From: a virus
Taxonomy: Duplodnaviria > Caudoviricetes
Direction: 5' to 3' (one strand)
Length of the DNA: 64,000 nucleotides
IMG/VR virus record: IMGVR_UViG_3300042562_000746
Span: 62,251-126,250 of that record
Shown here: positions 1-9,711 of the stretch, piece after piece
Numbering within the stretch: position 1 is the first letter of the stretch
How the letters are laid out: each line of letters starts with the position of its first letter
The notes under the pieces: model-generated
What the model saw: only the letters and a program-made list of their open reading frames with translations
Told to the model about the DNA's origin: nothing
Databases searched by the model: none
Translations under genes and position numbers: made by a program

Positions 1-527
1 AAATCTAATCTATATTCTTTTTTAGTGTTCCTAAAAATTTCATTACATTGATAATGCTGTAATACAATTCTATTTGCTATAAATTTTCTTAATATAAATC
101 CAAAATCAAAAAGTTTATTAGGTTCTACAATTCTTAGTGTAGTGTAAAATATACAATTAGGATTACTTCTAATATAATCTATATTATCAAAAATATTATA
201 TGGTTCTAAATTCGCGGTATCGAATATATAGTATTTATTATTTGGATTATTTTTAATTGCTTCTGCAATTGTAGATTGTAATCCCATCAAATTTGTAGGA
301 ATAATATGATAACCAGGGTCTGATACTAATTCAAACTCTCTATCATGAATGAAAGCACTATCTATAAAAAACTCACGTTGTTCGGTATGTAAGTTTTTTC
401 TTAGTTCATCTCCAATTTCATGTGATGGTTCTAATACTAAAAATCTATAATATAAATCCCACCATTTTGTATTATAAAATAATGCTCTATTAGTTGCACT
501 ATCAAATGGACCATGTAAATAAATCAT
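1..527 (-). CDS. hypothetical protein (partial, runs off window edge)
   Basis: ATG at 527 just after the dUTPase stop; open frame MIYLHGPFDSATNRALFYNTKWW... continues to position 1; not in ORF track. Confidence 0.75.
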   Translation of the reverse strand, partial: MIYLHGPFDSATNRALFYNTKWWDLYYRFLVLEPSHEIGDELRKNLHTEQREFFIDSAFIHDREFELVSDPGYHIIPTNLMGLQSTIAEAIKNNPNNKYYIFDTANLEPYNIFDNIDYIRSNPNCIFYTTLRIVEPNKLFDFGFILRKFIANRIVLQHYQCNEIFRNTKKEYRLD

Positions 528-528
528 A

Positions 529-963
529 TTATTTTCCTGTTGAACCGAATCCACCTTCACCTCTTAGTGTATCGGATAATTCTTTTACTTCTAAAAATTG
601 TACTGGTGGATGTGGTATAATCATAAGTTGACAAACTCTATCACCAACTTTATAATCATTTTTTTGATTTTCAATTGTTGTTATAATTTTGTTGAATGTG
701 GCTTGCAACTCACCTCTATATCCACTATCAATTACCCCAACTGAATTACTTAATTGCAATCTAGTTTTTCTAATTGATGAACGAGGAAATACTAATCCTA
801 CAAATCCTTCGGGTATTTCCAATGCAACGCCCAATCCATATGTTATTTGAGTATATGTTTCTGATATAACCGATGTTGCTACTAAATCCATTCCAGCATC
901 ACCTTCTTTTGCATAGGTTGGTATTACTGCGTTTTCATTTAATTTTTTAATTCGTACTTTCAT
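529..963 (-). CDS. dut: dUTPase (trimeric)
   Basis: Motifs AGMDL, PRSS, GVIDSGYRGE, RGEGGFGSTG. Confidence 0.97.
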   Translation of the reverse strand: MKVRIKKLNENAVIPTYAKEGDAGMDLVATSVISETYTQITYGLGVALEIPEGFVGLVFPRSSIRKTRLQLSNSVGVIDSGYRGELQATFNKIITTIENQKNDYKVGDRVCQLMIIPHPPVQFLEVKELSDTLRGEGGFGSTGK

Positions 964-965
964 TA

Positions 966-2531
966 CTATGGTTTATAAAATATAAAAATTGGTTCGTATT
1001 TATATGATGTTCCTTCTAATTTCATAGAGTTCTTTACACCACTTAAATCTACACCAGTCATTGGGCTCATTGTCATTCTAAGTTTACCTTTGTATTCCAT
1101 ACCTAAACTTGTAAGTACATCAATACTATCTTGTTCTAATGTAAACCATTTATCTTTACCCACCTTAATATCTGCAATATTCCAGCAAATGTATCTATCA
1201 TTTTTAAGATATTCAAAAGCCGTTGTTAAGGTTGGTTTTAAGAATCCATCTCTCCAACTTTCATATGAATTAAACTTTTTAAACGATTGAGAATCATCAT
1301 CTGAATATCTCTCTCTATCAAAGTATGGTGGTGATGTGAATATAAAATCTAACTTACCTTTATACTTTTGAAAATTTGGGTCTTCCGATATAATCTCCGA
1401 ACCTGTTGTAAAGATTTCATATGTATTTTGATGTCCCCAAAATGGATTAGCTACACCCGGTACTTGTGTATTAAAGAACTCTGCTAAGTATTCATAACGA
1501 GTCTTACCTATCTCTGGTATTTGGTTTTCAGTATTAGGGTCATTTCCAATGTAGTGAATATTTCTATCACCCACACTCAATGCTCCTAATATTCTACCAC
1601 CCCATCCCGCCGAAGGGTCATAGATATTAATCTTATCTTGTCCTTTAATATGTTGAGTAAACCTTTCATATAAATACTTTGCAGTTAATGGTGGAAAATT
1701 TACTGCTGGTTGAGAACCCATACCAATTCTAAATGCGGCTGTTGCTTCAGGAAATATTCTCTGACCCAATGGGTACACCCTGATTTGAATTGGTTGTTTA
1801 GGTAAATCAACTAAGTTATCTATATTCTCACCCCAATCTGCAGTTTTCAAAGATGCGATATGTTTATATTCTAACACACCACTTTTGTATAACACTTTTA
1901 CTTCCTCTGCTGAAATGGGTAATGATGGTATTCTACTATCTGCTTGCGATAATGCGAATCCTAATCCATTTCCTCTATCTCCACTTTGCCATTTCTCAAT
2001 CCATTCCTTACCTGTTGCTAAGTGTGAATTATGAAACTCTGGATTATCTTTATGTAGGGTTTTAGAGAAACGATACATACCATCTTGTCTCGTCAATCTT
2101 CTCATTTGCTTTGTGAATAACTCTAAATAATCATCCGATGAAAAGATTTCGTGAATTGATGGTTTTGGTTTATCATATGTACTACCACCAATTGCAGTTT
2201 TGTACATAGCCGGAAAGAATTGATTTACGGGAGTAGCGAATTTATTAAAGTTAAATATAACTTCATTTCCATCATCATCCTTTTCCTCAAACTTAGTTAT
2301 CTTATAACCTTGTAGTTTAGAAAAGTTCTCAATGATTTCTGCTTCATTAACCCCAATCTTAGGTGGTGCACCGGTCTCATCCCACTGCTTTAATGCAGTT
2401 TTCTTAAAGTTGGCTACCCACGTTTCGAAGTCAGGGAATGACATCTCAAGTACTTGTTCGTACTTAAGATTCATTTCCGGGTCATAGAACCAATCACTTC
2501 TCTCGTAAAAATATTTCTTTTCGTAATTCAT
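966..2531 (-). CDS. SAM-dependent DNA amino-methyltransferase (N4-C/N6-A type)
   Basis: Motif I-like DPSAGWGGR followed by catalytic FTSPPY. Confidence 0.8.
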   Translation of the reverse strand: MNYEKKYFYERSDWFYDPEMNLKYEQVLEMSFPDFETWVANFKKTALKQWDETGAPPKIGVNEAEIIENFSKLQGYKITKFEEKDDDGNEVIFNFNKFATPVNQFFPAMYKTAIGGSTYDKPKPSIHEIFSSDDYLELFTKQMRRLTRQDGMYRFSKTLHKDNPEFHNSHLATGKEWIEKWQSGDRGNGLGFALSQADSRIPSLPISAEEVKVLYKSGVLEYKHIASLKTADWGENIDNLVDLPKQPIQIRVYPLGQRIFPEATAAFRIGMGSQPAVNFPPLTAKYLYERFTQHIKGQDKINIYDPSAGWGGRILGALSVGDRNIHYIGNDPNTENQIPEIGKTRYEYLAEFFNTQVPGVANPFWGHQNTYEIFTTGSEIISEDPNFQKYKGKLDFIFTSPPYFDRERYSDDDSQSFKKFNSYESWRDGFLKPTLTTAFEYLKNDRYICWNIADIKVGKDKWFTLEQDSIDVLTSLGMEYKGKLRMTMSPMTGVDLSGVKNSMKLEGTSYKYEPIFIFYKP

Positions 2532-3250
2532 TATGCTGATAGCTGAACTTCAACTAAATAATACTTACAAACGAAATCATCAATGATGAAACTAATGTGA
2601 GCTAATCCTTTTGAAGATACTAACAATTTAGCAGATGTTGCTTCTTTGTTTGCAGTTAAAATCTCTTTCAAATACTTTGCAGAGAATGAAATTGCTTTTA
2701 CATCAGTTGCATAGTTTTCTATTGCTTTGAATGTAATTCTGTTTGAGTTTACATTAGAGTAACCCATAACAATGTTCAAATTACCTTTCTCAGTTAATAC
2801 TGTAAATGTATCAACATCACTCAATGCGTTTTTAGCTTTGATGAATTTGTCAATAAACTTACCATCTAAATCGATTTCGATATCAAATGGAGGTAATGAT
2901 TTTAGTTCAGGTACATTTGGGATAACACTCAAATCTGCTAATTGATAAGCCGCTTTGATATCATCACTACCTAAACCTAATGCGATTGATTTATCCTCAA
3001 CCTTTTGAACTTCTAAATTAACATCATCACCTAATACCGATAACATTTTGTTTAGATTAGAAGTCGTATAGATACCTAACTCTGCATTTTCAAAGTTAAA
3101 GTTATCTAATGTGATTTCACCTAATACGGTTTTGTCATCTGCGATAAACTTTGTTGATAATTTTTGACCATCGGTAGTCCATGTAACCGATTCAACTAAT
3201 CCAGCTAAATTGTATTTGCTGATAAAGCGTGTAATTCTTGTTTTGTTCAT
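2531..3250 (-). CDS. sliding clamp (T4 gp45/PCNA-like)
   Basis: 239 aa, next to PolB, PCNA-like C-terminus (FSAKYLKEIL...KGLAHISF...YYLV). Confidence 0.75.
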   Translation of the reverse strand: MNKTRITRFISKYNLAGLVESVTWTTDGQKLSTKFIADDKTVLGEITLDNFNFENAELGIYTTSNLNKMLSVLGDDVNLEVQKVEDKSIALGLGSDDIKAAYQLADLSVIPNVPELKSLPPFDIEIDLDGKFIDKFIKAKNALSDVDTFTVLTEKGNLNIVMGYSNVNSNRITFKAIENYATDVKAISFSAKYLKEILTANKEATSAKLLVSSKGLAHISFIIDDFVCKYYLVEVQLSA

Positions 3251-3272
3251 TTTTTTATGTTTTATTATATAA

Positions 3273-3304
3273 TAAAGATACGACTTTTATTCCATTCTAC
3301 CAAA
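3273..3304 (-). promoter_or_regulatory. Bacteroidota-type sigma promoter
   Basis: TTTG-N20-TATCTTTA upstream of the clamp gene. Confidence 0.7.
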
Positions 3305-3307
3305 TTT

Positions 3308-5833
3308 TTAGAAGGAAAAGAATTCCTCTAATTTCTTTGAACTAAATGATGATTTTTCCCACCCTAATGCATTATAGAAATCATCCATTTTATTTTCTAA
3401 TTCTGCTTCAAATATTTTATCCACATCAATATACTTTTGGATAAACTCCATTATTTCAGGAGGGTCTTGATAACCCTTAAATGCTGCAGTTTCTAAACTT
3501 AATGGATTTTGTTTTAGATATACCCACTTAATCTTATCACCATCTCTCATAGGTGCATATTTGAAAGGGCAATTGAAATGTTTAAGTAATCTATTGTAAG
3601 TAATACCTGCTTTAATATGTGCAGGTGTTCCTTTCTCAAAATCACCCAATTGTTTATTTTTACCACCTTTATCATATCTACTAATTTCTTTAACTGCCCC
3701 ACCCTTTGCAATAAGTGCTACATCTAACCCAGCTAATGATAATTTAAACTCTGCTAGTTCAGTATCTACACTTTCATTTGTTTTACCTTGTAGAATATCT
3801 CTCAACATTCTCGCCATAAAATCTTGAAATGCTTTTGGAAAAGATGAACGAACTACATCTAATCCTTTTACATCTAACTTATCCATCGGTAAACCATTCG
3901 CTGCAACTATCCATTGTGCATATCTTTTTTTTGCAATCCAAATACCTGCTTTACTGATATACTCTTTCTTAATTTCAAATCTATGTTTCTTAATGTTGAA
4001 GAACTTATCTGCCATCATATCATAGAACTTATTTAAGAAATCCTGCACCTCACCTGCTATATCATCAATCTTTTCTGTCATTGCAGTATCATCAAACTCT
4101 GCCCAATTGGGAAATCTATGTTTAACTAATGGTAGGGCTGAAAAGAATACTGAATCCGTATCAATGTATATGTTATAATCTTCATTAGTACCCAACTCTT
4201 TGTTGTACTTAATGTTTACCATCTTTGCCGTATTCTTAATTACCGTTTGTCCCGTAGTGGTTACTGCCGCTGCATTATCCACATCATAAAAACGAAATGC
4301 AGGTAATCCTAATACTCCATATAAAGAGTTAAGTAAAATCTTTTGAACCAATTGTCTTTTAGCATAGAATGCGTGTTTTGCTGTATCACCTTCTTTACCA
4401 TATTTCTTTTCTAATTTACGGAACTCAACCCTTTGTTGAAACCACTCATCTAATATATCTGCAATCAATCCTACTTTCTCTTGTGTATATAATACTCCAT
4501 TAGATGATATAGATAAATTCTCCTCATTCAATTCCTTTCTCAATTCTTCGGTAGTATAATTAAGTGCCGTATGTTCTATGTTCCATACTCTATAATCACC
4601 TTTAACAAATGCTTCTGCATCAAAATTTGCAATCTTACCCACCTTTGTTTCGGGTGATATATTCAAACTCATAATAATTGATGGATATAGTGATGTCAAA
4701 TCCAAATCATATAACCAATCATACTTACCTGGTATCGGGTCTTTTACATATGCTCCAATGAAACCCTGCTCACCACTCTCTTTCAGAGCTTCCATTTGTT
4801 CCCTTCTATCTGATGGTTTGTTTGGTGCTACTAAGTTTCTTTTCTTTAAGTAGTTCAAACACGCTCCCTCTAAATACTTTGATGAATAGATATAATCCTC
4901 ATATGGAACGTGTCCAGCGTGACAGATACCTCTACATAAATCAATAAATTGTAATTTTCTATCCATCTCTACTACCAACTCAACATCCACAATATTATAC
5001 TCAATAAACTTTTCTAAATCCTCTTTAAATAAATCATCTAAACTTCCAGCATATTCAACTTTCTCTCTACCTAATTCTTTCTTTGCAATATAATTCAATG
5101 TATATGATGGTGATAACCCATAGTTATAGTTTTTATACAAAGTAATATAATCTAATATACTAACTCCCGCAAACGTCCATTTTTTTCTATATGGTGAATA
5201 AAACGCATCTCTAATTGGTGATAATCTATACGCATTTTGCTTACCCAATACATTAACTAAACGATTGAATAAATAAGGAATATCAAAGAAATCTATATTC
5301 CATCCTGTTAATATTGTAGGATTGATATGTTCGTAAATAGTTAAGAACGCATTAAGTAACTCTCTTTCACTTCTAAATGCCTTAATAATACGATTATCTT
5401 TTTTTATTGTATTTTGTAACTTACCTTCTTTATCTAAGACTAATGCATAGTAAGTATTTGTTGGTCCATCGTGCACCGCAATTGCTGTAATTTCATTTTC
5501 AGCTTTCTCTACATCCGGCAATCCGCTTTCCATTTCTACCTCAATATCAAAAGTAAGAACCACATGTCCTTCCGATGGTAAATCACTTTCCGAATATAAA
5601 TCTACTAAGATACGGGTTGTTTCGGGTACATCAGTTTCGTAATAAGCCGGGTCATCCTTTTGGAACTCATAGATTTTAGTAACCTTTGTACCATCTAATG
5701 CCGTTGATTGTCCTCGCTCTGCCGGGGCGTAAGCGTAGTTGAATGTTTTGTATGGGAATGTTTGATACCCTAATTTATCATCCCAAAGATGAACTAAATC
5801 CTTTCCTTTTTGTAAGTAGACGTTTTGATACAT
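3308..5833 (-). CDS. family B DNA polymerase (T4 gp43-like)
   Basis: Exo DIE and GWNIDFFD; polymerase DLTSLYPS, KILLNSLYG, YIDTDS. Confidence 0.97.
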   Translation of the reverse strand: MYQNVYLQKGKDLVHLWDDKLGYQTFPYKTFNYAYAPAERGQSTALDGTKVTKIYEFQKDDPAYYETDVPETTRILVDLYSESDLPSEGHVVLTFDIEVEMESGLPDVEKAENEITAIAVHDGPTNTYYALVLDKEGKLQNTIKKDNRIIKAFRSERELLNAFLTIYEHINPTILTGWNIDFFDIPYLFNRLVNVLGKQNAYRLSPIRDAFYSPYRKKWTFAGVSILDYITLYKNYNYGLSPSYTLNYIAKKELGREKVEYAGSLDDLFKEDLEKFIEYNIVDVELVVEMDRKLQFIDLCRGICHAGHVPYEDYIYSSKYLEGACLNYLKKRNLVAPNKPSDRREQMEALKESGEQGFIGAYVKDPIPGKYDWLYDLDLTSLYPSIIMSLNISPETKVGKIANFDAEAFVKGDYRVWNIEHTALNYTTEELRKELNEENLSISSNGVLYTQEKVGLIADILDEWFQQRVEFRKLEKKYGKEGDTAKHAFYAKRQLVQKILLNSLYGVLGLPAFRFYDVDNAAAVTTTGQTVIKNTAKMVNIKYNKELGTNEDYNIYIDTDSVFFSALPLVKHRFPNWAEFDDTAMTEKIDDIAGEVQDFLNKFYDMMADKFFNIKKHRFEIKKEYISKAGIWIAKKRYAQWIVAANGLPMDKLDVKGLDVVRSSFPKAFQDFMARMLRDILQGKTNESVDTELAEFKLSLAGLDVALIAKGGAVKEISRYDKGGKNKQLGDFEKGTPAHIKAGITYNRLLKHFNCPFKYAPMRDGDKIKWVYLKQNPLSLETAAFKGYQDPPEIMEFIQKYIDVDKIFEAELENKMDDFYNALGWEKSSFSSKKLEEFFSF

Positions 5834-5839
5834 ATGTTA

Positions 5840-5870
5840 TAAAGATACAACAAATTATCTTAACTACAAA
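5840..5870 (-). promoter_or_regulatory. Bacteroidota-type sigma promoter
   Basis: TTTG-N19-TATCTTTA just upstream of the PolB ATG. Confidence 0.65.
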
Positions 5871-5871
5871 A

Positions 5872-6402
5872 TTATTTAATCTTTAATTTGAATTTCTTTC
5901 CGGATGGGATTGAATATACTGCAAAGATAGGCGTTACTTGAAATTGTAAATCTCGCATTCTATTTGTATATGATTGCCACATTTGTTTTTCTAAATAAGC
6001 AATTGTCATATGTGGCCTATAATCTGTAAATTCGTTTGAGTTTGGTAGTTTGCTTAATAGATGATGTGCTTTTTCTAATCCATCACCAACCGCATCCATT
6101 TTTAATACATCATAATTATCACTTTCAAAAACTGAAACATTACTTAGTTGTATATCCCCAAAATGAATCCTATCTAATAATTGTTGAACTATTTGTGGAG
6201 TTACGTTAGAATGTAATCCATATAACAAAGTGACGTGGGGTTCTGTTTCTTTACCATACTTACCACTACCATCATCGTAAATATCTTTATCATCTATAAT
6301 ACCGGTAAGTTGACTTTCATTAAAATCAAAGTATAACATTACACATCCATATTCGTAAGGACCGTTTTTAATTTCTTTAAGTATTTTTCTTAACTTAATC
6401 AT
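5872..6402 (-). CDS. 2H phosphoesterase (T4 57B/Acb1-like)
   Basis: Two HxT motifs: PHVTLLYG and PHMTIAY. Confidence 0.75.
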   Translation of the reverse strand: MIKLRKILKEIKNGPYEYGCVMLYFDFNESQLTGIIDDKDIYDDGSGKYGKETEPHVTLLYGLHSNVTPQIVQQLLDRIHFGDIQLSNVSVFESDNYDVLKMDAVGDGLEKAHHLLSKLPNSNEFTDYRPHMTIAYLEKQMWQSYTNRMRDLQFQVTPIFAVYSIPSGKKFKLKIK

Positions 6403-6896
6403 ATTACCTTTTCGAACATATCGTTTATTATTTTTTTATTTTCCATTGTATTTTCAATATCAAATATTAATGCAATTCTATTTTTAGTTCCCAAATTATT
6501 TACTTTATGTTTGTTTTGTATACTAAAATGATAAATGTATCCAGGAAACATTACAAATTCATATACTGCACTCATTTCTTCAACATAACTTAATACCAAT
6601 TCATTGGTTATGATTGGCATTATAAATCGTAATTTATCAGTATCGTTGTCGTCTACATGCCAATCTATATTTTTATTAGATGATTGAAAATGTAGTTTAA
6701 AATTTAATAAAGGGAATATTGAATTAAAGTATTCAAATGTAGTTTTGTAAACCGGATGTGATTCTAAAAAATTAGAGTCATTTATATAATCATTAACTCC
6801 ATTGTGATTAGAATGTGATTGTATATAATTACTATTTAAAGATTCATTTAATAAATTGTTAAATGTGATATTATCGTATTTTAATTTAACTAGCAT
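6399..6896 (-). CDS. 2OG-Fe(II) oxygenase, Asp/Asn beta-hydroxylase-like
   Basis: WHVD (HxD), distal HKVNN, RIALIFD. Confidence 0.7.
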   Translation of the reverse strand: MLVKLKYDNITFNNLLNESLNSNYIQSHSNHNGVNDYINDSNFLESHPVYKTTFEYFNSIFPLLNFKLHFQSSNKNIDWHVDDNDTDKLRFIMPIITNELVLSYVEEMSAVYEFVMFPGYIYHFSIQNKHKVNNLGTKNRIALIFDIENTMENKKIINDMFEKVI

Positions 6897-7453
6897 TAGC
6901 TTACTTTAAAATCTTCTTTTAATTTTTCTAAGAATTTTGCTATTCCTTTATTGTGATTTTTTTTCCAATCATTTGCATCACCATTATCCGAAATAAATTT
7001 ATATGAAACAAAATCAAAACCATATATTTTACATACTTTTGCAATTGAATATGCTTCCATATCACATACTGAACGTTTTGTATTACTTTGAAACGTATCA
7101 GTTGTAAAACATACATCACTATTACCAAATGTTAAAATTCCTGCTTCTAATTTAGGGTAAATTATATCATCAAATGGAGTAACATATTTTTTTGCAAATT
7201 GCTTAGTATCTATATCACCTTGTTGAAATTGTAAACATTTAATAAGTTCACCAATTTTATAATCAGATGAACCAGCTGAACCAAAGTTTATTACTATTGT
7301 TTCGGTTGGTGATAAATCTTTTAATATTTCAGTTGCTTTAATTGCTGCATTTACTTTACCAACCCCAGTGTATATAACATCCACTCCCATTGGTTCTAAT
7401 CCTTTTGGAAACTCACTTGGTAATGCAACAAACAATTTTATTCTCATACTCAT
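6896..7453 (-). CDS. MTA/SAH nucleosidase family (PNP/UDP fold)
   Basis: GVGKVNAA, NFGSAG, DMEAY, KFISD motifs. Confidence 0.85.
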   Translation of the reverse strand: MSMRIKLFVALPSEFPKGLEPMGVDVIYTGVGKVNAAIKATEILKDLSPTETIVINFGSAGSSDYKIGELIKCLQFQQGDIDTKQFAKKYVTPFDDIIYPKLEAGILTFGNSDVCFTTDTFQSNTKRSVCDMEAYSIAKVCKIYGFDFVSYKFISDNGDANDWKKNHNKGIAKFLEKLKEDFKVS

Positions 7454-7462
7454 AAATATACA

Positions 7463-8488
7463 CTATTTTTGAAACATATCCCATTTTAAGATAACATCTT
7501 CTGTGAACTTTTTGTAATTACAACTACTAACATGTCCCGTATGTCCTATTTCTCCAGTTAATAATGCGTTTTCTAATTTAGTTTGACTACCATATTTTTG
7601 ATATTCCATCCATAGTGGATTAAAATCGATATCCGTACTTTTTATTTGATTTCTGATTGTCCATTCAAATACTCCACCATATTTATGTAATCCTTCCTCT
7701 TCAAAAAACCAGCAATATTTATCCCAATCAATTGAATCATATAAATATTTTGCATATGGATAATCATCTACTCTAAGTTTGGTATCATCCCAAGTATTTA
7801 TAATATCTTTATCTTCAAAAATACCTTTAATCATTTTTTGTTTAGTAGGATATCCACCTGGCATTAAACCATAATCATATTTTAATGAAAATGAATTATG
7901 CATAAAGAAACATTTTAATTCAATACCATTTGCTTTACAAAATTGAATTAAATAATCAAAATATTCCAACCATTCTATATATCTACTTTCATCATTATAC
8001 AATGTTTCTAAGTAGGATTGATTGTATTGAAATACTCTTGGACTTTCCCTTTCAATTGAAGAATATTTCATATCGGGTATAGCTAAGTTTAACCAATATC
8101 CATTTTGACCTGAAAATTCTTTTTCTTTTAAATAATCGTTTACAAAATCGGCATGCTTTTCAAATTCAATATAAGGAGTAAGTTCCTTTGAAATAAAATG
8201 GGTACGTCTGAAATAAGATGACCATTGTATAATCATACTGATTTCTTTTGGGTCAACTCCGTTTTTTATTAGTTCTTTAGCTTTGTATAATGCAGAACGA
8301 ACAATCATTGAATTATTATTACCCGGACTACCCATGTTGTATATTTTGAGCTCCGGTAAAATTCTTTGTAACCAATGTGGATAGTACCACATTTGTTTAT
8401 CATCTCTTAAAAATGTATCATCACTACGATGGTAATTAACCCTTGCCGATGATGTAAATGAACAACCCGATGTAATTAAATATTTCAT
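7463..8488 (-). CDS. SGNH-like hypothetical protein
   Basis: Probable start MKYLITSGCSF at 8488 (the track's longer start overlaps the tRNA-like RNA); GCSFT, GN, QWS and late GH motifs. Confidence 0.6.
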   Translation of the reverse strand: MKYLITSGCSFTSSARVNYHRSDDTFLRDDKQMWYYPHWLQRILPELKIYNMGSPGNNNSMIVRSALYKAKELIKNGVDPKEISMIIQWSSYFRRTHFISKELTPYIEFEKHADFVNDYLKEKEFSGQNGYWLNLAIPDMKYSSIERESPRVFQYNQSYLETLYNDESRYIEWLEYFDYLIQFCKANGIELKCFFMHNSFSLKYDYGLMPGGYPTKQKMIKGIFEDKDIINTWDDTKLRVDDYPYAKYLYDSIDWDKYCWFFEEEGLHKYGGVFEWTIRNQIKSTDIDFNPLWMEYQKYGSQTKLENALLTGEIGHTGHVSSCNYKKFTEDVILKWDMFQK

Positions 8489-8500
8489 ACTTTTAATTTG

Positions 8501-8650
8501 CTGTAAGGGATGGATTCGAACCACCACAGGGAGATTCGGAAAGTAACATTGATGCTTGCAAGCTGGTGGTCAACCCCATATTACTTTTCTATTTCTATGT
8601 CCCTATCCTCGAGACGAGAGGACATGTCTGCCAAATTTCAACACCTTACA
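8501..8650 (-). ncRNA. 150-nt tRNA-like RNA with very long variable arm
   Basis: Acceptor TGTAAGG/CCTTACA, D-loop with GG, stem TCCTC/GAGGA closing loop TCGTCTC, ~80-nt insert, T-arm GGTGG-TTCGAAT-CCATC. Confidence 0.75.
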
Positions 8651-8855
8651 ATTTTTTATATACATTACTATTAACCGGTAAGGCTAATGAGTTATTGTGA
8701 TATAATATTTTTCCGTCATCCGAAAAACCGGTGATTGTTATTATCTCATCTTTATCTACATTGGCTAACATTTTATTACCCAACTTATCCGATATGATTA
8801 ATAATTTATCACCAATTACTAAATCTACATTAAATTTATTTGTTACCTTTTCCAT
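8646..8855 (-). CDS. hypothetical protein
   Basis: 69-aa ORF overlapping the upstream ORF, same strand as neighbours. Confidence 0.6.
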   Translation of the reverse strand: MEKVTNKFNVDLVIGDKLLIISDKLGNKMLANVDKDEIITITGFSDDGKILYHNNSLALPVNSNVYKKL

Positions 8856-9051
8856 TATCTTTTGTTAGGTCTAAAGTAGCGTTATGATGCATTCTAATTT
8901 GGTCGCTTCGGTAATGTCTAACAATACCACCATCACATATAACTATACACCAAATATCGTTTTCAAATGGTCCTCCATTCGTAACATAAATTGCGTAACC
9001 TTCTTTATCACCTTCCACTATAACTGGAATTGGATTTTTAAATTCTAACAT
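8836..9051 (-). CDS. hypothetical protein
   Basis: 71-aa ORF MLEFKNPIPV... Confidence 0.65.
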   Translation of the reverse strand: MLEFKNPIPVIVEGDKEGYAIYVTNGGPFENDIWCIVICDGGIVRHYRSDQIRMHHNATLDLTKDNGKGNK

Positions 9052-9062
9052 AATCTAATTTG

Positions 9063-9147
9063 CGGAAGCTCAGGGATTCGAACCCCAGATACCTTTCAGT
9101 ATGACGGTTTTCAAGACCGTTCCATTCAACCACTCTGGCAAGCTTCC
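9063..9147 (-). tRNA. tRNA-Ser(TGA)
   Basis: Cloverleaf with long variable arm; loop CT-TGA-AA. Confidence 0.95.
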
Positions 9148-9152
9148 TATTA

Positions 9153-9422
9153 TTAATAGATATGTGTTTCTTCGTTTCTGAAATCACTCGTATCTAATTC
9201 AAATCTATTTTGTCTTATTCTAGCTTCCTCTGCTGCTTTATACCATCTAATCCAGGTCAAAGATGCATCAATAGGTGCCAATACCCATGCCATCATCAAT
9301 ACCATAATAGTATCCAATTCAGGAGAACCACCGGTAGGGTCATTTGAATATCGTTTGTCTAAGTTTTTAAATAACTGATAGAAACAATAAATAACACAAA
9401 TTACATAATAACTAACGAACAT
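9153..9422 (-). CDS. hypothetical membrane protein
   Basis: 89 aa with two hydrophobic segments. Confidence 0.65.
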   Translation of the reverse strand: MFVSYYVICVIYCFYQLFKNLDKRYSNDPTGGSPELDTIMVLMMAWVLAPIDASLTWIRWYKAAEEARIRQNRFELDTSDFRNEETHIY

Positions 9423-9582
9423 AACTTTCTTTTTTAGGTTTTATTGAAATTTTTATACTTTCTTCTTTTATATGAGGATTTACTTTTATAGTTGTTGCAC
9501 CATTTTTTTTATCGTGCATAAACACATAACTATGCACTTCTTTACCTATTAATTTTGCAATATTTTCTTTTGTAATCTCCAT
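9412..9582 (-). CDS. small hypothetical protein (56 aa)
   Basis: MEITKENIAKLIGKEVHSYVF...SYVR*; directly downstream of a promoter and overlapping the next start; below the ORF-track size cutoff. Confidence 0.55.
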   Translation of the reverse strand: MEITKENIAKLIGKEVHSYVFMHDKKNGATTIKVNPHIKEESIKISIKPKKESYVR

Positions 9583-9589
9583 TGTTCAT

Positions 9590-9621
9590 TAAATATACAA
9601 AAAATAAATTATACTACCAAA
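9590..9621 (-). promoter_or_regulatory. Bacteroidota-type sigma promoter
   Basis: TTTG-N20-TATATTTA. Confidence 0.6.
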
Positions 9622-9637
9622 TTTAGTAAAGTATTTG

Positions 9638-9711
9638 TGGGAAAGAATGGATTTGAACCAATGACCTTCGCATTATGAGTGCGCTGCTCTAACCATCTGA
9701 GCTACATTCCC
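9638..9711 (-). tRNA. tRNA-Met/Ile2(CAT)
   Basis: Cloverleaf, loop CT-CAT-AA; Met versus lysidine-Ile not resolved. Confidence 0.85.

Noticed and set aside
8530-8605. Insert in the tRNA-like RNA as a tRNA intron
   Set aside because: Lies in the variable arm rather than the anticodon loop and is too short for a group I intron
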